DNA of 64,000 nt from Anaerolineales bacterium. GTDB lineage: Bacteria; Chloroflexota; Anaerolineae; Anaerolineales; E44-bin32. This document shows positions 28,401 to 38,587 of the stretch, in pieces (positions within the stretch are counted from its first letter, which is position 1; the number at the start of each line of letters is the position of its first letter). The stretch covers positions 254 through 64,253 of the forward strand of contig DAOUDJ010000116.1 of the NCBI GenBank assembly GCA_034430795.1. The letters are read 5' to 3'. The position numbers and the translations under genes were made by a program. The notes beneath the pieces are model-generated. The model was not told where the DNA came from. It worked only from the letters and a program-made list of their open reading frames with translations, and did no database searches.

Positions 28401-29960
28401 TCAAGGAAGCAATGAGATGCCATTTGATGTCCATACAAATGTTCGGTTTTGAGGTGCCTGGATCATATAGATAGAAATGCCATTTTGGATTATTTCTTCT
28501 GCTAGTGATTGATCATTCAGAATTTCCTCAGGTAGCAGATCAAACAGGACGATCGTTTTTGTCCGAGGAGGGATTAGTGTACTGACATCTACATTTTCCC
28601 ACGAATGGATCTTGCCCTTATTTATAAAGACTACATAGCTGACAAGGTTGGGGGTTATTGGGTCAAGTTTTGGCTCTGTGAAAACGCTATACTCGGGTAA
28701 GTAATATTGCAAATGCCTGAACTCTCTTGCAAATATTATGGTTCCTTCTGATGGAAATTTTTGAGTAAGCGCCAGCTTGTGATTATAATAATCAACCTGT
28801 CGGATGACTGTTTGATTATTCATTAGCCTACGATAAGCCTCTCCAAGCGGTTTTTCGGGTAATAAGGCGAATATTGCAGTCTGTGTGATGGTGAGTAGCA
28901 CGAGTCCAATACAACCGACTGTTTTCCAATGCGGCAACCCAATCAGCCAATCCAGACCAAACGCGGCCAACAATATAAATGGCGTTAAGGTTACAAGGAA
29001 AGTGCCCAAGTTGCCTGGCCAGATCAAAAAATATATTACCCAAATCGGTATTACCATTAACCCGAGAAACACAATCCGTTCTTTTCGAGATGCTTTATCT
29101 AACCTCAATGGAGCCAATACACCTAGAGCAATAAATGGCCAAACTAATTCGCCCACGGCATCAAAGGTGCTCCTGAGAATAACATATGCATTATATTGGA
29201 AACGTTCCAAGCGTGTTGAACGGACCAGATTACTTACAGAAGAAAAAAGAGGCAGGATACCGAACATCCCCTCGATAAAGCTCTTAAAGCCACCGCTCGC
29301 CAAGACAGAAGGGATAAAAAACAAACCGAAAGTGATCATCACTATTACCGAACTGGAAATAATAATTTTAAATTGATGGTGGCGTACTGAGTAAAGAAAC
29401 AATGGAAAAAAGAAAATCATAGTTTGCAGGCGGAAAGCACCTGCCAACCCCAATGCTAAGGCGCAGATATAAATGTGTTTTTCTCCGTCGCGTTTAAGTG
29501 CCCGATAGCATAACCATCCTATAAGAGCAGCAAAGAAAAGATCTATTGTGTATGGAGCCGAGATTTCACCAAAATACCAGAAAAATGGCAAAACTGCTAA
29601 AAGACACGCTGCCAGTAACCCTGCTCGCCTCCCGAACATCTCCACACCGAGAAGGTATATAGCCAAAACAGCCAGCCCGCTAGCTACTGTGCTCAGCCAT
29701 AATAAAGCCAATCGGGGATCTTGGAACACTAGATTAAAGGCTCTGCCTAAAAGGATATATAAAATATAACCTGGAGGATGGGGTTGGTGAAGACGCATGT
29801 CGAAATGTGAAAGTGCTAAAGTATAATTGATCGCGTCAAAGGTGGCAAAACCTTTTGCATGGAAAGGTACTCGGGAGAAAATAGTGCCAATCATAAGCCC
29901 GAGAATCAGAATGAAATTTGGCATAGAAAATTGTTTACTTTTCAAACTGGTTAATTTCAT
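28401..29960 (-). CDS. GT-C-like polytopic membrane glycosyltransferase (DUF2723/ArnT-PMT-like)
   Basis: Acidic residue after TM1 (FDAINY), HQPHPPGYILY, about 10 TM segments and a soluble C-terminus. Paralog of 47010-48599. The ORF track starts at 30005; 29960 has a better RBS. Confidence 0.7.
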   Translation of the reverse strand: MKLTSLKSKQFSMPNFILILGLMIGTIFSRVPFHAKGFATFDAINYTLALSHFDMRLHQPHPPGYILYILLGRAFNLVFQDPRLALLWLSTVASGLAVLAIYLLGVEMFGRRAGLLAACLLAVLPFFWYFGEISAPYTIDLFFAALIGWLCYRALKRDGEKHIYICALALGLAGAFRLQTMIFFFPLFLYSVRHHQFKIIISSSVIVMITFGLFFIPSVLASGGFKSFIEGMFGILPLFSSVSNLVRSTRLERFQYNAYVILRSTFDAVGELVWPFIALGVLAPLRLDKASRKERIVFLGLMVIPIWVIYFLIWPGNLGTFLVTLTPFILLAAFGLDWLIGLPHWKTVGCIGLVLLTITQTAIFALLPEKPLGEAYRRLMNNQTVIRQVDYYNHKLALTQKFPSEGTIIFAREFRHLQYYLPEYSVFTEPKLDPITPNLVSYVVFINKGKIHSWENVDVSTLIPPRTKTIVLFDLLPEEILNDQSLAEEIIQNGISIYMIQAPQNRTFVWTSNGISLLP

Positions 29961-30227
29961 TCTCTTTGTACTCCCTGAAATTTTAATGGAGAAATTCCAG
30001 AGCAAATTAGTGGTCGGGGCATCCTATCCCTGTTAATGCTCAGTCCATTACGAGCATGGTAACGAAGCTATATGCCTTTTCCAAATTGCATGCCGGGCAA
30101 CGAGAGTCTAACTGTGTGCTATGGGACAAAATCAAGTTAATAAGAAGGGAGTGAGACCCGTTATATTTTTCAGCTGTATTGAAATTACGTTTCCCGCAAA
30201 GGATGTTGGAGATTGAAATCACGGCTG

Positions 30228-31067
30228 TTAAATTTTTTCAGCAAGGATGCCCAGATGGTGCGCAAAGCGTTTTTTCAACCATTGTAGATTACTGTTTTCA
30301 AAATAAGACAGGCGGGCAATGTTTTGGCTAACGTCTGGGTAACGATCATTATCATAATATGGCAGTTGATCTGCGGACCATTTATAACGGTTTTGTGGTC
30401 TTGCTTGATTTGCTAATCCTGTTAGAAACGGAAAAAAGTCAACAATCAGCTGTCCAAAATCGACGATATCAGGCCACCAAGGGCAATCGAGCCAGACAAT
30501 TTCACAAAGCTTTAGACCTAAGTTGTTAAGCATGTCCTGCCATGCTTCTGGTCGCATGAGGTCAATACACCCATGATCCCACTCTTGTTTTGCTACTTTG
30601 TGGTGTAAACGGTGTAGGCAGAAAGAGTAATTTTGAGAATTCGGCACGAAAAATAGGATATATTTTTTGCTCAACCTGCACATTTGACTTAACAAGGGTT
30701 GAGGATTGGCAAGTCTTGTGAGTACATTAAAATTCCATACAAGATCAAATTGTTTTTCATGTATGGGTAGATCACTTTTTGTAGAGACATTGAAATCCGG
30801 TCGGTTTTTAGGTGCATAAATTGACCAGACAAACTCGGCGAAACTTGCACAGGTTTGGGATGGTAACACAAGAGTCACATGGATTCCGTGGATACCTAAT
30901 ATTAAACTATTGATCCCAACTATTCCCGCAACCCCATCATCCGGTCCCTCAAGAACTGTTCTAATCCCTCTAACTTTACAAAGCGTTAAGAGATAGCGGT
31001 TTATGGCATAACGTTCAAAGGTTGTTCCTAACCCAACGTCTGATTTTATTACCTCACTTGAGCGCAT
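30228..31067 (-). CDS. Class I SAM-dependent methyltransferase-like protein
   Basis: VLEGPDDGVAG (atypical motif I), FDLVWNFNVL (motif IV-like) and ILFFVPN. Confidence 0.62.
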   Translation of the reverse strand: MRSSEVIKSDVGLGTTFERYAINRYLLTLCKVRGIRTVLEGPDDGVAGIVGINSLILGIHGIHVTLVLPSQTCASFAEFVWSIYAPKNRPDFNVSTKSDLPIHEKQFDLVWNFNVLTRLANPQPLLSQMCRLSKKYILFFVPNSQNYSFCLHRLHHKVAKQEWDHGCIDLMRPEAWQDMLNNLGLKLCEIVWLDCPWWPDIVDFGQLIVDFFPFLTGLANQARPQNRYKWSADQLPYYDNDRYPDVSQNIARLSYFENSNLQWLKKRFAHHLGILAEKI

Positions 31068-31257
31068 TGAACTTCCAGATTAGAATTTGCCAACTCGCTT
31101 TTAGTTTATGTAATTCGTATGTTTTGTTGATTGAGTCTGCAGAAATAACTCGGATTGGGAGCCTCACGGCTGCCATTTCCAAATCAAGCCTTCGTAATAA
31201 CCCACGTTGAAGGAAACTCCCAAATGAGATAAAAACAAACTTGATCACCTCTTCCAT
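31054..31257 (-). other. Short 67-aa ORF, possibly a gene remnant
   Basis: The ORF overlaps the methyltransferase start. Its C-terminal part weakly resembles the end of GT2 enzymes. No firm motif. Confidence 0.25.
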
Positions 31258-31307
31258 ACCGCCAAAAAAGACCTGGTCGATTCAGGCAAGGTACGGGATG
31301 GGGTGAA

Positions 31308-31445
31308 ATCCCCCCCGCTATCTTCGTTTGCTGATCACTCGCCCAGATGCCTATTTCTTTAGTCAGGTAATCCGGCTATCCTTTCGTTGGCCGGTTGATC
31401 TTTGAAGCAGCTTCCAGCTCGGTTTGGGCACGTGCACCCATTGGA
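31308..31445. repeat. Dispersed ~140-bp direct repeat, copy B (overlaps the 3' end of the B12 radical SAM gene)
   Basis: Aligns with 2835-2973, sharing an exact 26-nt core. Confidence 0.85.
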
Positions 31446-32910
31446 CACTGCTCTTTAGTAGACTCGGCATTCTACATCGTAGTTTAACCCAGAAGAATTC
31501 TGGATCCTGGAGAGCTAGAGCGAGAATTCGTATCCCTCTCTTGAGCCATGATGTGCTTGGTGCAAGTTCCTCCATAACGCTTTTCCTGAACGCTTTTAAT
31601 TCCCTCGCGCTGTAATGTGGATTCTGAATGACATAATCAACGGATCGTAATTTCCGGAAATCGAAGCTATCTGGTAAATGGCCTGATTTGCGATAACTGT
31701 CATAGAGCTCAGTCCCCGGGAAAGGTGTAACTAACGAGAACCAAAACCCGCTGCAGCCAAGGTCGCGTAAATGGCGTGCGAACTGAACGGTCTGCTCCAA
31801 ATCATCCCATGTCTCTTCAGGGAAACCCATAACAAAGAAGGAGTTCACACCCAGGTGTAATTTTCGAGCAAGTTTCAACACTCGAAGACAATCTTCAAGA
31901 TTTTGTGTCTTATGAATAATGTTAGTGAGCGTATTCTGGCTCCCACTTTCCGGTGAGATCGAGATGTCCTGGAAACCAGCTGCTTTCATCAATTTCAGGA
32001 GTTCCTCATCCAATGAATCCGCTCTGACGCCATTGCGAACGTGCATACGGATGCCGAATTTCCTCTCTGCGATCGCCTGGAACAAGCTCTTTGCCCAGTT
32101 GTGGTTTACGGTCAGATTATCATCTTCGAAGTAAATCTCCTGAATGTTGTATTTCCGCTTCCAGTGGGCAATCTCTGCAACGATATTCTCAACACTGCGA
32201 CGTCGAATGGTGTGGCCCATCACGGTATGGATCGAGCAAAAAACACAACGATAGATACAGCCACGTGTCGCGATCATGTTGATCCAGCGCCTGCCGGAAC
32301 CCCAGATTTTTTCAAGCGGAAGCAAATCTAAGGCAGGAAACGGGAGCTGGTCTAAATCCTGGATGTACGGCACGCGTGAAGATTGTGCCCCCCCTCGTTG
32401 GAGGACACCCGCGATCGGTCGCTCTTCCTCATCCTGGTTTAAGGAACAGATCAATTCCAGCAACGCATATTCACCCTCACCCAGAACGCGATAGTCAAAG
32501 ATATCCAATACTTTGTCGTCAACATAGCCGGTGATGTGATTGCCTCCGGCGACCAGCACGACGTGAGAGAAACGAGACTTGATCTTTTCTGCTAGCTTGA
32601 CGGCGAGATCTTGCTGGCACGTAAATGGAACCGTGATTCCAATCAGATCTGGATCAGCGCTGGCAATACGATCCAGGATCTGCTCATCAGAAAGCCCCAA
32701 CTCCAGCCAGCCAGGTTCAACATCAGGTCTCAGGTTCGAGCGATCTTCGGCGTAACTGTCAAGAATTGTGACTTCGAGCCCATGGGTTCGTATAACTGCT
32801 GCAAGATACGCCAAGCTAAGGTGGAAGGAATGCCCATCCTCAAGATAGGTGTCAACCTCTTCCAATACGGCAGGTAAACTGATAAGAAAAACCTTCTGAA
32901 TTTCCTTCAT
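31363..32910 (-). CDS. Cobalamin-binding radical SAM enzyme (class B methylase-like)
   Basis: N-terminal B12-binding domain (LSLAYLAAVI, PDLIGIT, VAGGNHIT, GEGE), ATRGCIYRCVFC, FEDDNL and FVMGFPEET. Confidence 0.9.
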   Translation of the reverse strand: MKEIQKVFLISLPAVLEEVDTYLEDGHSFHLSLAYLAAVIRTHGLEVTILDSYAEDRSNLRPDVEPGWLELGLSDEQILDRIASADPDLIGITVPFTCQQDLAVKLAEKIKSRFSHVVLVAGGNHITGYVDDKVLDIFDYRVLGEGEYALLELICSLNQDEEERPIAGVLQRGGAQSSRVPYIQDLDQLPFPALDLLPLEKIWGSGRRWINMIATRGCIYRCVFCSIHTVMGHTIRRRSVENIVAEIAHWKRKYNIQEIYFEDDNLTVNHNWAKSLFQAIAERKFGIRMHVRNGVRADSLDEELLKLMKAAGFQDISISPESGSQNTLTNIIHKTQNLEDCLRVLKLARKLHLGVNSFFVMGFPEETWDDLEQTVQFARHLRDLGCSGFWFSLVTPFPGTELYDSYRKSGHLPDSFDFRKLRSVDYVIQNPHYSARELKAFRKSVMEELAPSTSWLKRGIRILALALQDPEFFWVKLRCRMPSLLKSSVQWVHVPKPSWKLLQRSTGQRKDSRIT

Positions 32911-33073
32911 ACCAATGTTCTTAATCCCATTCCATGAGGAATGACTCAGCGCGCCATTCGCCGGATCCGACTTTTCCGCTTACGACTACTTCTCTATTAA
33001 TCATCATACAGCCATCAATAGGACGCGTCTCAAGAACCTGTGCCTCCGCCCGGAACTTGTTTATCTCGTCACA

Positions 33074-35380
33074 CTACTCAACCGAGGGCAAATCGGAACG
33101 GTCGAGATCCTCCACGCTGGTTTCATGGTCACGCTCAGATTCATTCGAAAGGATATAGGTAATAGCCGCCAAGAAAGTCAGATGACCCTCCGAGTAACCC
33201 TTGTCACGCAAACGTGCAAGCGATAGGACACCGACTGTATCACCTCGAATTACAAGCGGGATGCTAACGACAGAGCGTGAAATTTTGTCACCCTCGCCTT
33301 GGATCCAGCGCGCATCATCCCGCGTGTCCTCAACAAGGGTTGGAGCACGATAATCGAAAACCCATTTCGCAAGGCCATTCTGTCCAAATTCAAGCACCTC
33401 TTCACGCTTCCGTTTTACAAGTTCTCCAGCATAGAGTGTATAACCCCCGATTGGCTTTCCATCCCGGTCGTAGCTAAGAACACTGCCGCTGTCTGCCTTT
33501 AACAGTCCATATGCACTCTTTAACACTTGTTTGAGAAGTCCGTCGTAGGCATCCTCGTCCAGCAAGGACCGGTTGAGTTGGTAAATCCACTCCACCTTCG
33601 AGAGGGTCTCCCCCTCCCGAGCGGTATTAGAATCGACCTCGATGGAAGTAGCAATCTGCCTTGGGGAGAGCTCGTACATCGCTGCAGCCTCCTGGTCTCT
33701 CCCCGATGCATCGAGTCTTGCTGTGCTCGGTATTTGCTTCATCGAGCGAATGATCATGTGCTCTAGCATCAAATGAATATCCTCAACCTGCTCAATAACG
33801 TGATTCGAAATATGGATGTGAAGGTCAACCATCCCGGCCAAACGTCCACCATCGAATCCCGTGAAGGCAATGGTATACGCTCCAGTTTCACGCGCATAGC
33901 GAATCCCCCGAACTACATTTTCCGAATTCCCACTGGCGGAAATCCCGATTACAACATCGCCTTGCGCGAGGTCGTTTTGAAGCTGTCGACAAAATACGTT
34001 CTCGTAGCCATCATCGTTTGCATAGGCTGAGAAAACCGGCATGTTATCAGCCAAGCCGAATGCCTTGAAATCTGGCCACCCTTCATGGCGCATGTTCTTG
34101 TTTAGGTCACAGACAAAATGAGAGGCCGTCGACGCACTCCCGCCGTTCCCCATGATGAAGATGCGATTTTCGCTCATTCGTTTGGCATGAAGGATGTCGA
34201 CCGCTGCTTGAATCTTCTCAAGTGGCAGATCCTGTACCGTCCTCGTGAAATCCCGCTGATATTGACGCAGAAGTGACGTCGTTTCCGTATTCGACGCTGT
34301 AGAGGTAATCATTTTTATAACAACACCTTTCCCTTCAAAATGATCCGAGTGAACGTCAATTGACTTATGTATCCGCTTTCTACGGTCTTCTGATCCATTT
34401 TCGCTACGAGGGTAGTTGAAAATAGTTTTGACCCCGTCTCGTTCCAAACGGAAAGGAAGCTCACGCAAATTCCGTAAAGCGCTGCGCACAGAGGCCTGAT
34501 GATCCTTCGTGCAATACAGCAGCAAAAAACCGCCCCCGCCAGCTCCCGTAATTTTTCCTCCCAGCGCACCCGCCTCCTTCGCAGCTGCGTACATTTCGTC
34601 AATCACGGTACTGGATATGCCATTCGCGAGCCTTTTTTTCAGTGTCCAACCGTAGTGGAGCATGTGCCCTAACTCGTCCACGTTTCCGGCCTCGAGTTCA
34701 ACACGTGCCAGTCTTGCCAACTGCTTCATTTCAGATAAAACATCCAGATGTTGATGGATGTTCATCTGCTGTTCACTTAGGATGGTCTCAGCCCGTCGTG
34801 CGATGCCAGTATAAAAGAGCATTAAGTTCGAATTCAAATCACGCTTCACCTCCGATGAGAGTGTTACCTGGTCGAGTATGGTACGCCCATCCTGATTTAA
34901 CTCCATAAAACGTATTCCACCAAAAGCAGCGATGATTTGATCCTGAATGCCGATGGGTTTTCCCAGGATATTAATCTCGATCTGACAGGCTTCACGCGCC
35001 AATCTCTCAGCGGTGACATGCTCACCGCAAAACGCATACAGGGCCTGCAACGTTCCAACGGTGACCGTACTCGACGATCCTAATCCTGAGCCAGCCGATG
35101 GGATGTCGCCCATGGTGGTAATTTCCACGCCATGGCTAACTCCCGTCATCCGCAAAGCTTCGCGAATGAGTTCGTGTTGAAGATCATCAACTTGATCGAC
35201 CAGCTCGGTACGCGTATACCCAACACGTATTTTTTGGTCGAATCGAGTCTTCACGCTTACGAAAATGTACTTATCGATAGCAGACGAGAGAATGCAGCCA
35301 CCCTCGTTCATATAATACGAGGGCAGATCTGTTCCTCCCCCGAAAAAACTAACCCTTAATGGGGATTGAATGATGATCAT
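33074..35380 (-). CDS. hddA/gmhA: Triple fusion: heptose-7-phosphate kinase (HddA, GHMP) + sedoheptulose-7-phosphate isomerase (GmhA, SIS) + GAF domain
   Basis: [27 protein letters not shown] and [14 protein letters not shown]; then [35 protein letters not shown] and [14 protein letters not shown]; then GAF-like GLAKWVF...[13 protein letters not shown]...SVVSIPL...VGVLSL. Confidence 0.9.
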   Translation of the reverse strand: MIIIQSPLRVSFFGGGTDLPSYYMNEGGCILSSAIDKYIFVSVKTRFDQKIRVGYTRTELVDQVDDLQHELIREALRMTGVSHGVEITTMGDIPSAGSGLGSSSTVTVGTLQALYAFCGEHVTAERLAREACQIEINILGKPIGIQDQIIAAFGGIRFMELNQDGRTILDQVTLSSEVKRDLNSNLMLFYTGIARRAETILSEQQMNIHQHLDVLSEMKQLARLARVELEAGNVDELGHMLHYGWTLKKRLANGISSTVIDEMYAAAKEAGALGGKITGAGGGGFLLLYCTKDHQASVRSALRNLRELPFRLERDGVKTIFNYPRSENGSEDRRKRIHKSIDVHSDHFEGKGVVIKMITSTASNTETTSLLRQYQRDFTRTVQDLPLEKIQAAVDILHAKRMSENRIFIMGNGGSASTASHFVCDLNKNMRHEGWPDFKAFGLADNMPVFSAYANDDGYENVFCRQLQNDLAQGDVVIGISASGNSENVVRGIRYARETGAYTIAFTGFDGGRLAGMVDLHIHISNHVIEQVEDIHLMLEHMIIRSMKQIPSTARLDASGRDQEAAAMYELSPRQIATSIEVDSNTAREGETLSKVEWIYQLNRSLLDEDAYDGLLKQVLKSAYGLLKADSGSVLSYDRDGKPIGGYTLYAGELVKRKREEVLEFGQNGLAKWVFDYRAPTLVEDTRDDARWIQGEGDKISRSVVSIPLVIRGDTVGVLSLARLRDKGYSEGHLTFLAAITYILSNESERDHETSVEDLDRSDLPSVE

Positions 35381-35463
35381 CGATACTCCTCCTGCACAAA
35401 CGGCCCGATCTGATCCTCTCTGGGGAAAGATGGGGGGATATTCGATCCGACGAACAGTTTTGA

Positions 35464-37035
35464 TTAATTTGCATAACGGATATCACTGTTGATAGCGAGC
35501 AAAGTGGAAGCCGTTAGCAACAGCGCCAGATCATCCTCGGTGAACTTCCCTTTCTGGGGGTGAGTTAGGGTTAGCACACCTCGAACGCGGTGTGATTCGA
35601 CCAGGGGCACACTAATGGCAGACCTTGCCTTACATGCAGTCTGTTCCCATGATGTTCGAAACCAACGGGGATCCGAGCTCGTATCACGCACAAGGGCGGG
35701 CTTGCTCCTTCTGCTCACCCAGCCTGCCAGGCCTTTTTCCAGTGTGGTCTCAAGGCTGTGCTGACTCGTTTCTTGAATGTCGTCGTTGAAAGCGATTACG
35801 GCGTTTGTAATATGACCCTCATCATCGAGAATCAGAATGCTCCCACCAACTCCACCGGTACTGGCCATCGTAGCTTTAAGAATCTCGGCTAGTGTGACAG
35901 TGTGCAGTGACTTTCCGTAAAGCGCTTGTTCGATCCAACGAATTTTTTGCCGAGTCTTATCACCTTTGGTGCTCTGGACAGGATCGCGTCCAGCGGATGA
36001 CATCGATGGTTCATGCTCCCTGTGGCTTAGACTCCTGGCGTGTAGCTCCACAAGTTCTTCCTTCGAAGTTACTTCGTCGGTTGACAGGCGTTGAACCATC
36101 ACAGGAGCTATGCTTTCCGATTTTCTGAAGTAAGCAACCGTCTTTGCCAACCCTTCGGCCAGGGCCACTTCAGGCTTCCAACCCAACCGTTCGCCAGCCC
36201 GTGTAGCATCGAGGTAAATGTGTCGCGTCTCGCCCACTTTTGCCGGACCGTTCTGCGCGGCGCTGCGAAAATCCGTCAACTCGGAAAGATAGTCGAATAT
36301 TTCCTTTACCGAGGTGCCTTTTCCGGAACCGAGATTGAAAATGCCGTGTTCGATGGATGATTCAACCGCCATAACATTCGCACAGGCACAATCACCGACG
36401 TAAACATAGTCACGTGTTTGCTCACCATCACCATTAATAGTCACCGGTTTCCCCGCCAGCATCAATCCGGTGAAGATCGCGATAACCCCCGCCTCACCAT
36501 TAGGATCTTGTCGAGGTCCATACACGTTGGGGTAGCGCAAGATGATCGATTCCAAACCGTAATTCTCGTAATACATATATAAATAATGCTCCACAGTATG
36601 TTTGCTCGCGCCATACTGGCAGATGGGGTTGATCGGATGATTCTCATCACATGGTAGATATTCCGGTTCACCATAAACAGCGCCACCGGTCGAGATGTAG
36701 ACAAACCTGCGTACACCGAATTCCTTCGCACACTCAATCAGATTTAGCGAGCCAACCACGTTAACTTGCGCGTCGAATAACGGGTCGGCGACACTCCGCC
36801 GCACATCCATCTGGGCCGCGTGATGGTTGACTACCTCCGGCTGTTCACGAAAGAATATCTCCCGCAATTGTGAGTCCTGGATATCCATCTGATAGAACTT
36901 AGCACGCGGATCCAGGTTTGAAAGCCGACCCGTGGATAGATCGTCGACCACAACGACGTCGTAGCCAAGGTCTAAGTACCTTGAAACCACATGCGATCCA
37001 ATGAACCCCGCTCCACCTGTAACCAATATTTTCAT
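35464..37035 (-). CDS. UDP-glucose 4-epimerase-like SDR fused to a C-terminal GAF domain
   Basis: [39 protein letters not shown] and [12 protein letters not shown]; then GAF-like GSILILD...[24 protein letters not shown]...SAISVPL...GVLTL. Confidence 0.9.
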   Translation of the reverse strand: MKILVTGGAGFIGSHVVSRYLDLGYDVVVVDDLSTGRLSNLDPRAKFYQMDIQDSQLREIFFREQPEVVNHHAAQMDVRRSVADPLFDAQVNVVGSLNLIECAKEFGVRRFVYISTGGAVYGEPEYLPCDENHPINPICQYGASKHTVEHYLYMYYENYGLESIILRYPNVYGPRQDPNGEAGVIAIFTGLMLAGKPVTINGDGEQTRDYVYVGDCACANVMAVESSIEHGIFNLGSGKGTSVKEIFDYLSELTDFRSAAQNGPAKVGETRHIYLDATRAGERLGWKPEVALAEGLAKTVAYFRKSESIAPVMVQRLSTDEVTSKEELVELHARSLSHREHEPSMSSAGRDPVQSTKGDKTRQKIRWIEQALYGKSLHTVTLAEILKATMASTGGVGGSILILDDEGHITNAVIAFNDDIQETSQHSLETTLEKGLAGWVSRRSKPALVRDTSSDPRWFRTSWEQTACKARSAISVPLVESHRVRGVLTLTHPQKGKFTEDDLALLLTASTLLAINSDIRYAN

Positions 37036-37081
37036 CGTGCGTACCTCCTACCCTTTGAGTTGAGTCTGTGAGACTCAGCCT

Positions 37082-38587
37082 CTAATATGCCCCTTTACCT
37101 TTCAACACCGCCGGGATGGTCTGAAACAATAGGTAAATATCGAACCAGAGATTCCAATTGCGGATGTAATACATGTCCATCCTCACGCGCTCTTGATAAC
37201 TGACATCTGAGCGCCCGCTTACTTGCCACAGGCCGGTAATGCCCGGTTTCAATGTGAGCAGATTGAGCCCCCACTGATCATATTTCTGCATCTCCTCCGG
37301 TGAGATCATCCTTGGGCCAACCAGCGACATCTCGCCTCGTAATACATTAATGAGCTGGGGTAGCTCATCCAGGCTGAACTTTCTCAACATTCTGCCCACG
37401 CGGGTGACCCGGGGATCCTTCTGAAGCTTATGCTCTTGGGCGAGCTTCTCTTGAAGTTCGGGGTTGTGTGTGAGGATTTCGTCCCCGTCGATGTACATCG
37501 TTCGGAATTTGAAGGCATCGAATTTCACCCCATTGAGGCCCATTACTCGCCTGCGGTGGATGATCAAACCCGTCGAGTCGAGTTTGATGGCGACCGCAAT
37601 CACTAAAAGCACAGGCGAGATCAGCACCAAGCCCAGTAAAGCCAGTGAGTAATCCATGCCTAGCTTCATGAACCACTCTATCCCCTTTAATCGGACCTTA
37701 TCGACGCTCACCAGCGGGACATAGGCCAGTTCCTTCACCTGCAAACCGGTCGTAATGATTTCAAACAATCCAGAAGAAAGCCTGAGGTTGACACTGCTAG
37801 AGACACCATAGCGCTGGAAGATCGAGAGCATCTCCTCGCGCGAGAGCGCGCTTGTGGCCAGGATGATCTCTCGAATGCCATATCGCGTGACGATTTCATC
37901 TAGCTGGTCCAGTGACCCAATGATCATTTCCTTTGGGAAACCATTCAGGACGGGAGGATGCTGATTGTGAAGAACGCCTTTGAGTTGAAGCCCTGATTTT
38001 GTCCATCTCATGAGTTGGTAGGCGAGCAACCTCGCCTCTTCATTCGCCCCGATGACCAGAGCCGGCATAACGAAATATCCGTACTGCCTGAGCTGATAGA
38101 CGACGCGCCGCAGGAGAAAACGTCCCACTACCCCAAACAGAAATGTGAGAAACCATGAGGATAAGATCCAGCCCCTGGCGATCAACAGGCTAGGCTCAAG
38201 GAAGCCTGCCACGATGACCAGGAGCAGTCCAAAAGTGGCCGCCCGGAAGAATAGAGCGTATTCTTTTGTCCCACCGAGTAAATTTTGGCGCTGGTAGAGA
38301 CCAATCACGGCAAAGACTATGATCCACAAGGGAATCGTGAGGATCATAAGGCTTTCGTAATACGCAAACGAAGGGTCTGCATCGAGCTTGAAGATTGGCA
38401 GGGACAGCTCGAAACGAATCCAGTATGCAATACGAAACGCGGCGCCAGTCATCACGATGTCGTTAATGATTAGCGCTGTCAGATAAAATGGCCACTGCCA
38501 AGACTCGGGGATCCACGGTTTTATGTGCGGTTTAGCAATCGCTGGGGTAAGTTCCCAACTATCCTCAGTGTTGGTTGTCGATGACAT
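37082..38587 (-). CDS. Polyprenyl-phosphate glycosyl-1-phosphate (initiating) transferase, WcaJ/WbaP/WsaP-like
   Basis: Four N-terminal TMs, Rossmann-like VIGAN, KFRTMY, DPRVTRVGRMLRKFSLDELPQLINVLRGEMSLVGPR and KPGITGLWQVSGRS. Start 38587 has a GAGGAG RBS. Confidence 0.92.
   Translation of the reverse strand: MSSTTNTEDSWELTPAIAKPHIKPWIPESWQWPFYLTALIINDIVMTGAAFRIAYWIRFELSLPIFKLDADPSFAYYESLMILTIPLWIIVFAVIGLYQRQNLLGGTKEYALFFRAATFGLLLVIVAGFLEPSLLIARGWILSSWFLTFLFGVVGRFLLRRVVYQLRQYGYFVMPALVIGANEEARLLAYQLMRWTKSGLQLKGVLHNQHPPVLNGFPKEMIIGSLDQLDEIVTRYGIREIILATSALSREEMLSIFQRYGVSSSVNLRLSSGLFEIITTGLQVKELAYVPLVSVDKVRLKGIEWFMKLGMDYSLALLGLVLISPVLLVIAVAIKLDSTGLIIHRRRVMGLNGVKFDAFKFRTMYIDGDEILTHNPELQEKLAQEHKLQKDPRVTRVGRMLRKFSLDELPQLINVLRGEMSLVGPRMISPEEMQKYDQWGLNLLTLKPGITGLWQVSGRSDVSYQERVRMDMYYIRNWNLWFDIYLLFQTIPAVLKGKGAY

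Noticed and set aside
31245-31270. GGCGGTAT near a gene start resembling an ops/JUMPstart antitermination site
   Set aside because: It does not match GGCGGTAGnnTG, and no RfaH/NusG paralog is in the window.
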